A DNA stretch of 64,000 nucleotides. Source: an uncultured Verrucomicrobiae bacterium. Lineage in GTDB: Bacteria > Verrucomicrobiota > Verrucomicrobiia > Limisphaerales > Palsa-1400. The stretch is taken from positions 352,001 to 416,000 of the forward strand of contig CAVPOM010000004.1 of the NCBI GenBank assembly GCA_963707025.1, written 5' to 3'. Made by a program: the position numbers and the translations under genes. Of this stretch, positions 48,092-60,811 are shown in pieces. The notes below the pieces were generated by a model. That model had not been told where the DNA came from. It worked only from the letters and a program-made list of their open reading frames with translations, and ran no database searches. Numbering within the stretch: position 1 is the first letter of the stretch; every line of letters starts with the position of its first letter.

Positions 48092-51000
48092 TCACCACCC
48101 GAAGAAACGATAGGGGTCATCCCACTCGGTGGGCCGCGTCAGGTATAGCCCGTCCAGCCAGCGGCCGACGGCCGGGTCCGCGACCGGCTCCAGGCGCACA
48201 TCGGCCAGCCACAGTTTGCCAGTGCCGGTGAACCAAATCTGGAACTTGCTCCCTTTGGCTGCGGTGTCCTTGGCTTGGAGCACCACGGTGTTCGTCTGCC
48301 ATTCCGCTTTGGGCGTGAAATTCTGGTAATCGAAGAGCGCCTGCCAATTGGCTGTATTCTGCACGGTCCAACTGATCTCCTTGCTGGTCAGCCCCTCGGC
48401 TCGCGTTCGCAGCGACAGCCGGTACCACTGCCCGCCCCGGATGGGCAGATCGTGTTGGGCGATCATGACCTCCGGCGCTTTGGCCCCGGCCACGGCGGGC
48501 GGCACCGCGATGAGTTGCGCCCAACCGCCGTCCGGCCCGGCCAGCGCCTCCCGCGCGCAGGTGGCGTCTTTGGGGCTTGCGCTGAATTCCCATTGGTCGG
48601 CCAGGCCGTTGCCGTTGGCAGCGGCGCTGAAGTCACCATTCCTTGCCACCGACGGCCCGTTGGCCGCGCCCACCGGGTCGCCGAACCTCTCCAACAGCGG
48701 CGTCGAGCCGGACACGCCGAGATTTCCCAGCAGCCGGCTCACTGCGAAGGAGGCGCGCCCGAAGGTGCGGCGCAGGTTGAATGGCTCGGGCAACGCTCCC
48801 ATCACTTTGCTCACTTGAAACGGCGGGAGTTGGCAGAAGACGATGTTGCCCGTCGCTGCCAGCACCCCGTCGCCGTATGGCGTTGCGCCCTCCGCCACCA
48901 AGGGCAGCTTGCGCGGATCGCGGTTATGCACATCCGCCGGTGCTACTCCGGCCAGCAGCGAATGGGCGCTGAAAGGGGGAAAGAAGGCCGCGATATGCTC
49001 CGCCGCCTGCATTGTCACCTTCGTGGGCAGGAATGAGTTGGCTTCCGCCTGGTCCAGTCCGAGGGCCAGGACGCGGCCTCCCGTCTTCACCCAAGCGCCG
49101 ACAGCCGAACTCTGGGCCGCAAGCTCGCGGTCTCCGCCCGGTCCAACCACCAGCACCTGATCGGCCGCTGGCGGCTCGCCTTTAAAGGGCGCGGCTTCGA
49201 CCCCGCAGGCCGCCAGCCAGGCCAGGCCGGCGGGTTCGCCGGCGTAAACGGCAGTGCGCCGGGGAGATGGACGCCACGCCTCGATATACCGCAGGATGTT
49301 GCCCGCCAATGTCTCAGCCGCCGGGTCGCTCTCGGTCCGCCCGGTCACGTCCATCTGGCAGAACAGGACCAGGCCGCGGCCCTCGCGGTATTCCAGCAGC
49401 GGGCTGTACTGAAGGGCGTAGCCGCCGTCAACAATCGGCAGGAAGTCACCCCGCGGCGGCTTCTCGATCAGCACCGAGGCGACGTTGCCCCAGTTGCCGC
49501 AGCGCCACAGCCGGGTGACTTCCAGTCCGCACCAGCGCACCGTCGGCGCGCCGTTGTAGCGTTGACTCAGCGTATAAGACATCGTGGGGGGCAGCAGAGT
49601 GGAGGAGCCGCGCCAGTCGCGCAGGTTTTCGGTCTTGAGGCCGGCCAGCAGCGGGCTGTCCGGCACGCGCGGCCAGACCTGCCGCAGGCCGTATTCCTCG
49701 ACTCTGAAGCCGAGCCGCTTTTCGAGCGTCTCGGCGGTCTGCTCGAACACGACCACCTTCAGTCCATCGCGCACGCGCTTGAGAACGGGCGCCGGGCCGT
49801 CCACGGTCAGGGCGCTTTTGCCGATCAGGAGCACGTCGAAGCCCGAAAGATCCGCGCTGGCGCTCGACCGGCTGGCAGGCGACGCCCAGCCCGGCCAGCA
49901 ATTTGGCCGTCTGCCCGGGCGGGTCGAACAGCGCAATTCTGGAGAGCGGGCGTGGCGGCGCGGAACGCGGGATGACTTGCAGCTTAAAGGAGTCTTCCTG
50001 GCTCTCGCCGGTGCTGAACCTGAAGCTCGCGGTGATCTGATAGTCGCCCGGCGGCACGCCGGCCGGCAGCTTGAGTTGCACCGGGACGCGCGCTTGGTCG
50101 CCGGTCGGTATGACAACCTGTCTGGCACCCCCAACCGCCGGGCCAAGGTCGGCCGACCAGGACGCGTCGCAGGTCACGGTCAGGCGGGAGTTGTTGATCA
50201 CAATAAGCTGCTTCTCGATGGTTTCACCGGGGTAAAAAGTGTGGTCCTTGGTGGTGAAGTGCTCCGGCTTGCCCGCGATCCAGGCCAGCAGCGGCAGGTT
50301 ATTGCGGAGCAACGACGCGGCTGTGGGCGTGGGGACCCAGTCGGACCGCTCGTAAGCCAGATCGAAGCGGGCGTACGTCCGGTCAATGAAGTCCGGGCTG
50401 TAGCCCGGTTGCTGCAAGTTGTCCCAGTCCACGGGCAGATCCTGGCGGCGGTGTTCGAAGCCGTCGCGCAATTTCCAGAAGCGGTCGTGCTCCCAGGGCG
50501 AGTTGGCCGACAGCCCCCAGGTGCGAAAGGCCCGCCAGTTATCGGTCGTGTAGGCGGCTTGCACCGGCTGCAGTTCATCCAATCGCGCGTCGCCCACCGG
50601 GTAGGGGTAATCCCAGCGGAACCAGCCCCGCTTCTGGCGGAACTGCTGCGCTTCCCACCGCAGGTTGCGTTTTTCCCGGTCACTGATCTGGTAGGCCGCG
50701 TCGCCGAGGAACTGGGCGTTCCATTCCGCGAGGCAATACTCCCAGGGCACGGCGGCGCTGCCGAACTCGCGCACGGCCGTTGTACCAGCCGCGGTACATG
50801 GTCCAGTCCCAGCCAAACGGCGCGCCGTACTCAACCAGCATCAGCGGTTTGACCCCCGCCGTCGACCAGTGCTCGAACCAGTCGTCCAGCTCCTGGATCG
50901 GGCACGAAGTTAGGGTAGAAGTTGAGCGTGTACATCGCGCCGAGGTTGCCCGAGGAGTGATGATAGACAATGCGCGCGGGATCCAGGCGCTTGACGATGG

Positions 51001-52545
51001 CTTCGCAGCGCAAGGCCAGCCTGGCGTTGCTGCCGGCCCACTGCGTCCCGGGGATCGCTCAACCCGTCAATCATCGGGGGGTTAATATCCTCGTTGTAGC
51101 CGGTGGCATTGTGGCTCATGGCGTAGCAGACCACCGACGGGTGGCTGCCCGCGACGCGCACGTAGAACGCCGCGTGGCGCGCGTAGCCGTTGGTTTGGTC
51201 GGCCTCGGCCGACTTCCAATCGTAGGCGCTGAAGTGCGGCTGCGACAACGCCACCAGCATCCCGGTGTCGTCCGCCGCGCGCAGAATTTCCGCGAAGCTC
51301 AGATGCGAGCCAGGCTCGCAGCCGTAGTTGTGCGTATAGACAAAGTTGATCCCGAAACTCTTGAGGCGCAGGAGGCTCTCCCTGGCCCCGGCGTAGGTCG
51401 CCAGCGCCGCTCCCACCTCGGCGTTGTCCAGCGGGCACCAACGACAAGTATAATCGAGTGCCGTTCAGGTAGAAATCACGGCCATGAATCCAAAACTCCC
51501 GGAACCCGAACCGAACCGGCGTCGCGATGTCCACCGGCCTGGCCTCTCGCCTCGAGGAGCGACAGCTCGGCGTCATACTGGTTCTGAGGGCGTGTTGATG
51601 TCCCATAGTTTCGGCGGCTTCCACGACTCCGTGAACGTCGCGCGCCCGTCTTTGACGTCGCGCGCAGTGAAGGTTGGGCCGGTGAACTCGGCCACTGGGC
51701 GGCCCTGCTCGCTGATCCTGGCCCTCAGTTGGTAGTGCCCGTCGTCTGCCAGCCCCTTCAGCCCGGCCCCGAACGTGATCTGGCCCTGGCGGAACGACGT
51801 GTCAATCCTAACGTCCGAGAGCCGCGCCCCAGCCGGCTCGCCGATCAGCCAGACGTCCCCGCACAGGCCGCGGCGTTCGACGGCGCCCTTCTTTTGTTTG
51901 CCGGTGTTGGTGTCGTTGTACGACTCCATCACGGCTTTGAGCGGCATGGCCACCACCAGCAGGCTCAGGACATGCGTGGCCCCCGGCCGGACCGCGGCGG
52001 AGAGGTCCACCTGGCCGGCGGGGAAGCGAATCTCGCCCGCCTTCCGGCCGTCAACATAAACTTCCGCGTAGGAATTCAGATACTCCACATCCAGCGCAAT
52101 GCGCCGGCCCGCCCAATCGTTGGGGATGGTGATCGTGCGTTCGTACCAGGCGCTCTGGACCTCGCTTCAGATTCGTGTTCCTCCAACTCGGATCGCGGTA
52201 GAGCGTCTGGTAATCGCTCTGCATGTAGTCCTGATTGCCGGGCCAGCAGGCGGGCACCTTGTAATAACCCCAGGCGGCGGTGGGCGGCTGCGGGGCGTTA
52301 TCCGCCGCCGGCTGCCAGCGCCACAGCCCGTTGATGCAAAGCCGTTCGCGGGTGGGCGTGGTCTCGTGGAAGGCCCTGTCCGCGTCCCAGACCGCCTTGA
52401 CGCCCGGCGGCAGTGCCACCGCGGATGGCTCTTGCGCCCCTGCCGGGCTGGGCAAGGCAAGCATCGCCCACGCGAGGGCGAGCAGCAGCACCGATGGAAG
52501 TTTCGTAGTGGGAACGTCCGACGGATGGGAGCTCAGTGGGCACAT
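48092..52545 (-). pseudogene. Large secreted glycoside hydrolase (GH2-like) with C-terminal CBM-like domain, split by multiple frameshifts
   Basis: Consecutive fragments: LCINGLWRWQP, FGFREFWIHGRDFYLNG, HPSVVCYAMSHN, LVEYG, NGDFS; frame changes between them. Confidence 0.75.
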
Positions 52546-52932
52546 TTCGCGGGCATCTTCCCCCACCCGTGCCTGAGAATCGAGTCGAAAATCATGGCGT
52601 TTCATGCCGGGGGCGTATCAGCGAAGCGGTCGCGCCATGGTTTCGGAAACTGGTCAGTCCCGCATAATCGCATATCATCGCTTTCGTCCTGCATCGGCGG
52701 AGCCGGTTTGCCATTGAACCAGCCACTGCTATGTTCAACGGTTTCGCCATCCAGTTCAAGCCCATGCTCAAGCGCACTGGCGGTCAGCGACTCGCCCAGC
52801 GCAATGAAAGAGGTCGCGCTGGTTTCAAACGCGGTTTTTTACAGAATGGTTGTCCGCCATCTTCCGCCGGGTCCCGATTGGATCGGGACGGGAAGGGTCC
52901 CGATTGGATCGGGATTCCACCCATGCGGCAAG

Positions 52933-55604
52933 TTAATCTTCATCCCGCGCCGGGGCGGCCCAGGCGGGATAGGGTTCTTTGGAGCCTTTCATGGCGCGCC
53001 ACAATATCCGGTTCAACAAATCCTCCGGGCATTGGTCGGGCAACAGCAACGGCAGGCGCGCCGAAGCGTAGGCGTCCTGGCGCAGGACGGCGTCGGAGAT
53101 TCTTCTCGGCGCGGGATTCATCTGATCCAGCGGGATGTTGCTGGGCAGGGCCACAAACGGCGTGAAATCCGGCTCGGCGGCAAAACAATCGGACATGGGA
53201 GTGGCCGTGGCATCCATCTGGTTCATGGGCGGCAGGGCAAGGATGAGTTCCATCGTGCGCAACAGGCTGGTCTGATTGTATTGCGTGCCCACCACTTGGC
53301 GGCGCTTGGTATAAGGGCTTACCACATAGGCCGTGGTGCGATAGCCGCTCACATGGTCCCAGCCCGCCTGCGGGTCGTCCTCGATGCCCAGAATGCAGGT
53401 GTCCTTCCAAAATGGGCTGTGCGAAATCGCCTCCACGATTTGTCCGAAAGCCAGGTCATTGTCCGCCACCTGCGCCGCCGGCGTCGGCGAACCGGCGCTG
53501 GTACCGCTGGTGTGGTCGTCGGGCAGGCAGATGATCACCAGGTTGGGAAACTGGCCGGTCTGCTCGAATTGTTTGAGTTCCTTGATGAATTGTGCCGCGC
53601 GGAAGACATCGGGAACCGACAGGTCCCACCCCACCGTCTCTTTGTCCAGGTAGGGCCGCAGCGATTCTATGGCAGGCTCGCTGTGAAGGTTGATGGTGTC
53701 GGTGCCTTGCACAAACTCATGGTAATGATCCAGGAAGCGCGGACGGCCCCGGCGCGCCGGGTCCTTCCAGGATTTGCGGGTGATGGCGAATTCGCCGTAA
53801 TCGCGCAGCGTCCGGCCGTGCGCCACCGCGTCATCCCAAATAAAACCGGCCGTGGAATAGGCCAGCGCGTCCACCTCGGTGTCGCCCATGCCGTCGGGAT
53901 AGCTGCGGGGAAAGCCCGCGAAGGATTTCTCCATATAATCGTTGGCCATGGCGCTGTCGGCCCATTGATGGCCGTCGGCGCTGAGGATGCCGGAGCAGTA
54001 AGTATTGTCCAACAGCACGAAATCGTGGACGAATTGGTGCTGGTTGGGAGTGATGTTCCGGCCGAAAACACAGAGACTGGGGTCGCCGTTGCCCTCCTTG
54101 ACATCGCCCAGCACCTGGTCGTAGCTCCGGTTCTCCTTGATCACATAGACCACATGGTGGAACACGCTCGGTTCGCCGACGCGTTCGGGCACCGGTCGCG
54201 CCGGCTGGCCGGGCCGCGCCGGCAAAGCCGCCAGGGCCAACATCGGATAACGCATGTCAAACAAAGCTTGGACGGTCAGCTCTTTCAATTCCTTCGCGGA
54301 GGGCCGGGGAATGACCGACAACGAGCCGTTATACTGGTGGGAATTGTATTCCGGCCCAGCTTCCCCGGGCGGGGCAGGCCGTAGCCGATGCCTTTGATGT
54401 TGGCCACGCACAGGCTTTGCCGGCGCGCGTCATAGACAATGGCTCCGGGAAACCAGCCGGCCGGGACCAACCCCTGCAACTTGGAATCCCCCGGCTGGAA
54501 GGATATTTCCGCCACCGCATTCTGCGTTCCGTTGCACACGAATAGCGTCCTGCCCGAAGGATCGAAGACCAGCGCGTTGGGGGTCGCGCCCAGCAAGTCG
54601 GCCGGACTCTGCCGCGTGCAAATGGTTTCCACCACCTGGTCCTTGCGCGTGTCAATAATACTGACACTGTCGCTCTGCGCGTTGGCCGCGGCGAGGTGGC
54701 GTCCGTTTGGGGAAAGGGCCAGCGCGCAGCAATGCGCTCCCGTGACAATTTCGCCGGTGACTTTGCCGGCCGCCAGATCAATCACGCTCACCGAACCGTC
54801 GTTGGCCGCGTAGCGGGTCGCATCCACCCGCACCCGCGTGCCGTGCCCGGCCGGTCCGGTGACGCTGTTGGCCGCGGGACGCCGTCCGCCCCAGTTGCTG
54901 ACGTAAGCCTTGTGGCCTGCAAGCACAACGTCATAGGGCGCGAAGCCGGCCTCCCAAACTCGCAGGACTTTTCCGGTGGCAGCGTCCAGTTCGGCCAGGC
55001 GGTTGCCCAGGTTCAATGCCACGTAGAGGAGTTTGCCATTCCGCGAGACCGCCAGGCCGGCGGGAATTTCCGCCTTGCGCCCCGGCGCGTTGGCCGGCGG
55101 CAGGAGAAAGGAGCACTTCCCGGTCACATGATGATTTTTGTCCACGTCAAAAACCTTGATGCTGCCATTGACGTTAGCCAGGTAGAGCCTGGAGCCGTCG
55201 GGCGCAAAGACCAATCCGGTGTAGCTGACCTCCGCCTCCTTATCCGGCTGCAATTCATGGGTGGAGCCTGGTTCGGCTTCCGCCAGCGCGGCTTCGGATG
55301 GCAGCGGCACGGTTTGCAGAATGCGGACGCTCACGGGATCAACCAGCACCACTTCGTGCGACTTGCCGGAAACGGCGAGAAGTTTGCAGTCCGGGCTGAG
55401 CGCCAGAGCCTGCGGGCGCAAGCCCGGCAAATCCAATTGTTGACCGGCAGGGGTGGTGATCTGATTGACCGGAGTTACGGTCCGCGCCGCGCCGCTGCGC
55501 CCGACCGCCTCCGTGGCGGGCGGCGGGGACACTTCATCCTGCCCCCGGCCGCCAGGCAGAAAAACAGCCAGGGCCAATACCGCGAGCGTGCATTTCGTTT
55601 TCAC
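52933..55604 (-). CDS. YncE beta-propeller / alkaline phosphatase-like phosphoesterase fusion, frameshift near 54356
   Basis: Propeller repeats then HVVYVIKENRSYDQVLGD, SADGHQW, EDDPQAGWDHV in the next frame. Confidence 0.88.
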
Positions 55605-55634
55605 AAGCGCGCTGCGGCCAGGCCGTCTCCTTCC

Positions 55635-55952
55635 TTAGGGTCTGTGTATTTGCTCATGTTCTTGCGATTCTCTGGCGTGGAAATAGGCCATTCGCCCGAT
55701 AGTTCGCCGCGCCAGCCTGATCAAGCTCCTGCGGAAGAACATGCGCCTCGTGGCGTGCCGGCCAGCCAGGTAATCACGGCGCACACCCTCAATGGCCGGC
55801 TTGAGTGGCGTCACATCCATGCCCTTTCCGGTCCCTTCTGCCGGCTCGTCACGCCCGGACCGGCTGTGCTCCCTTTGACGATGCTTGAGGCCTAAATAGC
55901 TCAGCAGCACCGCCACGGCAGCCAATCCGACGATGTTTTCGAAAACAGACAT
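55635..55952 (-). CDS. Small hypothetical membrane-anchored protein
   Basis: N-terminal TM; fills the gap between co-directional genes. Confidence 0.55.
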   Translation of the reverse strand: MSVFENIVGLAAVAVLLSYLGLKHRQREHSRSGRDEPAEGTGKGMDVTPLKPAIEGVRRDYLAGRHATRRMFFRRSLIRLARRTIGRMAYFHARESQEHEQIHRP

Positions 55953-55961
55953 ACCGGCCCC

Positions 55962-56783
55962 TTAACCATCGCCCGGATTTCCGGGCTGGGCAATGCGGAT
56001 GTTGACTTTAAACGCGCCCGGCACCGGCTGGTTGGAGACGACCATCAGATAACCGCCGCCGCAGCCGGAATACATGGCGCCCAAATACTGCCGCTGATAG
56101 GCTTTGAGCAGCGGCATCAAATCCAGCCGGAGCAGGGGGTGCCGGACGACGTGCGGCAGGAGCCTTTCCCAGCATTTCATGTTCAAATTCAACGCCGCGC
56201 CGAGCGCTTTGGCATCCATTTTCACAATGGCCTGGTAGCAATCCCGGCCCGACTGGCCCAGGCGCGCCACCCATTTCGGATCGAGGTTCTTTATGCCCAG
56301 CGGACTGTAGCCGTCCGGCCGCGGCTCGACTGGAAGCAGATGCAAGACTTGGCTGAGCCAGCGCGCCACCTTGGGGCGGTTGCACGATTGGATGTGCGAC
56401 GGAAATATGCCTTGATGGACTTTGCAGTCATAATCCAGGCGGTTCACGCCGGGATAAACCAGGCCGATCATGTCCTGCGAACCGCTCGGCTCGGCTTTGC
56501 CCCTGTTTTCCACTTCGTAAAGCTCGCGCGCCAATACTTCCGGCGGACGGTCGGGCAGCCGGCCATGCCAGATTTTCATCGCGACCGCGCGCGTGCCGCT
56601 GGCGAAGCCGCAGCGGTCCATCGGGCGAAAATCCGGCTGGATTTGCGCCACCACCATGGAACCGGGCGGCCTGGGGTTGTGCCGCGAAACAAACGGCTGG
56701 TCAATCCACCCCCCCGCCAGTTGCAGCCGGTTTGGAATGGAACCCAGCAATTCGGCGACGGGCGAAGCGGTCCGGCGGTTCAT
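55962..56783 (-). CDS. GHMP-kinase-like protein
   Basis: PNRLQLAGGWID, SGSQD, SGCGGGY. Confidence 0.75.
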   Translation of the reverse strand: MNRRTASPVAELLGSIPNRLQLAGGWIDQPFVSRHNPRPPGSMVVAQIQPDFRPMDRCGFASGTRAVAMKIWHGRLPDRPPEVLARELYEVENRGKAEPSGSQDMIGLVYPGVNRLDYDCKVHQGIFPSHIQSCNRPKVARWLSQVLHLLPVEPRPDGYSPLGIKNLDPKWVARLGQSGRDCYQAIVKMDAKALGAALNLNMKCWERLLPHVVRHPLLRLDLMPLLKAYQRQYLGAMYSGCGGGYLMVVSNQPVPGAFKVNIRIAQPGNPGDG

Positions 56784-57834
56784 TCAGCCAATCCCCACGC
56801 GTTGGCCGGCCTTGCGCTTGTTGTATTGTCCCTGGATCCAGGCGTACGTTGCCGCCAGACCTTTGTCCAGTTTGGTCTTCGGCTCCCACTTGAGAACTTT
56901 CTTGATGAACGTGTTGTCGGAATTGCGGCCCGCCACGCCCAGCGGCGCGCTGAGGTCGTGCTGGCGGTTCAACTTCACACCCGCGATCTTTTCGATCTTG
57001 CTCAGCAGTTCGTTGATGGAAACCAGTTCGCTGCTGCCAAGGTTGATGGGCGTGGCGATCAATTCATCGCAGTGCATGATCTTGTCAATGCCCTCCACGC
57101 AGTCCTCGATATACATGAAGCTCCGGGTCCGCTCGCCGTCGCCCCAGATGGTGATGTCCTTCTCCCTGCGGTCAATCGCCTCGATCACCTTGCGGCACAG
57201 CGCCGCGGGTGCCTTTTCCCGGCCCCCGTCCCAGGTGCCGTGGGGTCCATAGACGTTGTGGAAACGGGCCATCGCCGTCTTCAGCCCGCGCTCGTGCCAG
57301 TATTCCTCGCAGACCATTTCGGAAAACAATTTTTCCCAACCGTAGCCGCGCTCGGCCATCGCCGGATAAGCGTCCGATTCTTTCAACGCCCGCACCTTGG
57401 GGTCCTTTTGCAGAAGGGTGTTGTAGGCGCAAGCCGAGCTGGAGAAAAAGTAACGGCGCGCCCCCGCCTGGTAAGCGGCCTCCACCATGTGCGTATTGAT
57501 GAGCACGCTGCGCAGGCATTCCACGCGGAAACGTTCGATGAAACCCATGCCCCCCATGTCGGCGGCCAGGTTGTACACTTCCACCGCCCCTTCGCAAACC
57601 CGGCGGCAGTGCTCCGCATGGCTCACGTCCAGGCGAGAGGTTTTGCACGCCGGGAACGTGCAAATACCATTCGTAAAGCGGTTTCTTGTCCACCGCCCGG
57701 ATGTTGGTGAAGCCGCGGTTTTTGAAGTAGAGCGCGAGGTTGCCGGCAATGAAGCCGCCCGCCCCGGTGATGACGATCAAATCGTCCTTGTGCAGCGGGG
57801 CGTCCTTCTCCACAAGTCGTTTTGTTTGTTCCAT
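56784..57834 (-). CDS. GDP-mannose 3,5-epimerase-like NAD-dependent epimerase, frameshift near 57634
   Basis: TGAGGFIA, NLAADMGGMGFI, SSSAC, YGWEK, RFHNVYGPHGTWDGGREKAPAA. Confidence 0.88.
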
Positions 57835-57971
57835 AAATCTGTTTCCTGTTGCCGACGGATTTGACTATGACCAATCCCGGCGGAGCAATCAACCTCAACG
57901 TGAACAAAACCGATTCGGATGCGCCCGCAAGCGCCTTGGCCGGACCCGCCCGCGGCGCGCCGGCAGGCCGG

Positions 57972-58865
57972 TCAGTTGTCCGGCATAAACCGCTGGAGTA
58001 TCTGGTGGCGCGGCACGGCTTGATGGTTGAGCGCTTGCTGCCGCGCCGCCACACCCTGGCCGTAAGTCGGCGGCGGGTTGGGGTTGCGATAGAGGATGCC
58101 CGTGTAAAACTTGCTCCCGCATTCGCGCGCCCGCGCGTTGGCCAAGGCCCGATCCACCGGATCGTGGCCGATGGATTCCAGGCTCTGCAGCCTGGCCTTT
58201 TGCGCTTTGAGCTGCTGTTCTTCCTCCCCGTAGGTCACGCAAGGCGAGTCCACGTGGATGAAGGCGAATCCCGGAAAGCGGATGCCCTCTTCAATCATCC
58301 GGGCCAGTCCCGCCATGTCCGCCGGCGAGCCTTGCGCCACGAACGACGCGCCGTAGCCCAGGACGTAGAGCAGCGGGTTGACCGGCTCCTCCAGGCTCCC
58401 GAAGCTGGAGGTGACCGTCTTGCGTCCGCGCTGCGAGGTGGGCGACAACTGCCCCTTGGTCAGGCCGTAAATCTGGTTGTCCATCACGATATAGGTCAGG
58501 TCTATGTTGCGCCGGATGACATGCGCCACATGCCCTCCGCCAATGGAAAAACCGTCGCCGTCGCCGCTGGCCACCAGGACGAGCAGCTCCGGGTTGGCCA
58601 GTTTGATGCCTTGCGCGATGGGCAGCGCGCGCCCATGCACGGTATTGAACCCGTAGGCCTTGGTGTAACCGGGAATGCGGCTCGAACAACCAATGCCCGA
58701 AATGAAGGCGATCTCGTGCGGCGGCCGCCCGATCGCCGCCAGCGCCCGCGTGATGGCCGTCACCACGCCAAAATCCCCGCAGCCCGGACACCAGATCGGT
58801 TTGAGGTCGCTCTTGAAATCGCCGGCTTGGAATTTGGCCACCGCAATGGGTTCGAGCGTTGTCAT
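57972..58865 (-). CDS. 2-oxoacid:ferredoxin oxidoreductase beta subunit
   Basis: WCPGCGD, SGIGCSSR, GDGD...GGH, YGLTKGQ. Confidence 0.95.
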   Translation of the reverse strand: MTTLEPIAVAKFQAGDFKSDLKPIWCPGCGDFGVVTAITRALAAIGRPPHEIAFISGIGCSSRIPGYTKAYGFNTVHGRALPIAQGIKLANPELLVLVASGDGDGFSIGGGHVAHVIRRNIDLTYIVMDNQIYGLTKGQLSPTSQRGRKTVTSSFGSLEEPVNPLLYVLGYGASFVAQGSPADMAGLARMIEEGIRFPGFAFIHVDSPCVTYGEEEQQLKAQKARLQSLESIGHDPVDRALANARARECGSKFYTGILYRNPNPPPTYGQGVAARQQALNHQAVPRHQILQRFMPDN

Positions 58866-58900
58866 GTTTGTTTCATCTCCTAAATCGTTTGTTTCCCGCG

Positions 58901-60697
58901 TCAGTCTGCGAACGCCTCGGGCTGATGCGGGTTGCGGTTGCCTTGGAGCGCGACCACCATTTTGCGCAGCCGTTCCAGCACTTCCCCCGGCTGTATCGGA
59001 TTGGACCCGCTCTTGGCCAGCGGTTTGACCAGGGCCGGCAGATCCACGTACATCCGGACCAGCCGGTAAAGTTGCCCTTGGAAGGATTGCTCGATGAACA
59101 GCCCCCGCTTGACCGACGCGAAGAAGTCCTGGTAAACCTGTTCGGCTACCGGATAGAGCAGTTTGGGCACGAGCAATTTTGCGTGCAACCCTTCCGCCTG
59201 TGCCAGCCGGAGCGCTTCCCGAGCCACCCCGGCCACGCTTCCCCAACTGACCAGCCCGATCGGCGCCTCCGGGTCGCCTTCCACCACGAACAAATTGCGG
59301 CGGTTCTTGAGCGGGTTAAACTTGCGAAATCGCTTTTCGTTCATGCGCGCGTGCATCTCCCCGCTGGCCGTGGGCCGGCCCAGTTCATTGTGCTCGATCC
59401 CCGAAGCCAGATAGTTGCCCCCGGCCATCCCCGGATGGCTGATCGGGCTGATGCCGGACTCCGTCAGCTTGAACCGCGTGTAGTTGGCCAGTTCGGTCTC
59501 CGTTGGCCGCCGCCGCTCCACCAGCCGGAACACCGAAGTGTCTATCTGGTCCACGATCTCCTTGCGCTGCGAAATCTCCTGGTCCGACAAAATGATCACC
59601 GGCGTCTGGTAATGCTCCGCCAGGTTGAAGGCTTCCACTGTGATGCCGAACATGTCCCCAACGCTGGTCGGCGCCAGCACGGGCCGCAGGCAATCGCCGT
59701 GCGCCGAAAAGGCCGCCTGCAACAAATCCGACTGCTCCGCCTTGGTCGGCATGCCGGTGGAGGGGCCGCCCCGCTGCACGTTGACGCACACCAGCGGCAG
59801 CTCCGCGATGCTGGCCAGCCCCAGCATCTCCGTCTTCAGCGACATGCCGGGGCCGGAGGTGGCGGTCATCGCTTTCTTGCCGGCGAACGACGCCCCCACC
59901 ACCGCGCCGATCCCCGCAATTTCATCCTCCGCCTGTAGCACCGTCCCGCCATACTTCCAAATCTCCCGGTCCAGAAACTGCATGATCTCGGTCGAGGGCG
60001 TGATAGGGTAGCCCGCGAAAAAGGTGCATCCGGCAAAAATCGCCGCCGCCGCGCACATATCGTTGCCGTCGGTCAGCTGCTTGGCTCCCCTTCCGCTTGG
60101 CGGCGCCGTCAGCTTGCGGTCCCCTTCCAGCGGATGCGCCTCGGCAAACTCCAATCCCGCCTGAAACGCCCGCGCGTTGCCCTCCACCACCGCCGCCCCT
60201 TTCTTGGCAAATTTCTTGCGAATCCCCGCCAGCATGCTCTCGCGCCCGATGCCAAACCACCCCGCCAGCAAGCCGACCACCACGACATTCTTCGCCTTGT
60301 CCGTGCCGGCGTGTTTCTCCGCCATCTCCGTGATCGGCACGCTGAACACTACCCCCGGTGTCACCCCTTCCAAGGGCAGCTTGTCGGGGGCGACCCCGGT
60401 CTTGCTTTCATAGATCACCATCGTGGCCGATTCCACCGGCAGTTCCCAGCCAAACCGCCGGAAATCCTCCCAGTTCAGCGCCACCGCCACGTCCAGCGGC
60501 CCGTTCGGATTGAGCACCGGCCGGGTCGCCAGCCGCAGCCGGCACGAGGCCTCGCCCCCGCGGATTTGCGAGCCGAAACTCTTGGTCATCATGCCGTAAT
60601 AGCCCTCCAGCGCCGCCGCCGTGATTAAGGATTCACCCGCTGAAATCACGCCGTCCCCGCCGGCGCCGGCAATGCCGATTATCAAATCTTGACTCAT
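58901..60697 (-). CDS. 2-oxoacid:ferredoxin oxidoreductase alpha(-gamma) subunit
   Basis: QIRGG, GYPITPSTE, EDEIA, ATSGPG, QRGGPSTG. Confidence 0.95.
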   Translation of the reverse strand: MSQDLIIGIAGAGGDGVISAGESLITAAALEGYYGMMTKSFGSQIRGGEASCRLRLATRPVLNPNGPLDVAVALNWEDFRRFGWELPVESATMVIYESKTGVAPDKLPLEGVTPGVVFSVPITEMAEKHAGTDKAKNVVVVGLLAGWFGIGRESMLAGIRKKFAKKGAAVVEGNARAFQAGLEFAEAHPLEGDRKLTAPPSGRGAKQLTDGNDMCAAAAIFAGCTFFAGYPITPSTEIMQFLDREIWKYGGTVLQAEDEIAGIGAVVGASFAGKKAMTATSGPGMSLKTEMLGLASIAELPLVCVNVQRGGPSTGMPTKAEQSDLLQAAFSAHGDCLRPVLAPTSVGDMFGITVEAFNLAEHYQTPVIILSDQEISQRKEIVDQIDTSVFRLVERRRPTETELANYTRFKLTESGISPISHPGMAGGNYLASGIEHNELGRPTASGEMHARMNEKRFRKFNPLKNRRNLFVVEGDPEAPIGLVSWGSVAGVAREALRLAQAEGLHAKLLVPKLLYPVAEQVYQDFFASVKRGLFIEQSFQGQLYRLVRMYVDLPALVKPLAKSGSNPIQPGEVLERLRKMVVALQGNRNPHQPEAFAD

Positions 60698-60811
60698 TTA
60701 TTACCCATCCTCCTGCATTCCAGCTTCCACGCTCACCGTCCATTGGCAAAACCTTACCATTTTTGGCCATCCGCCGCACCGTCTGCCGGAGGGCACTGGC
60801 ACCGGCGGGTT

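Noticed and set aside
52099..54384. 761-aa plus-strand ORF
   Set aside because: Antisense shadow of the phosphatase gene, with no recognisable motifs
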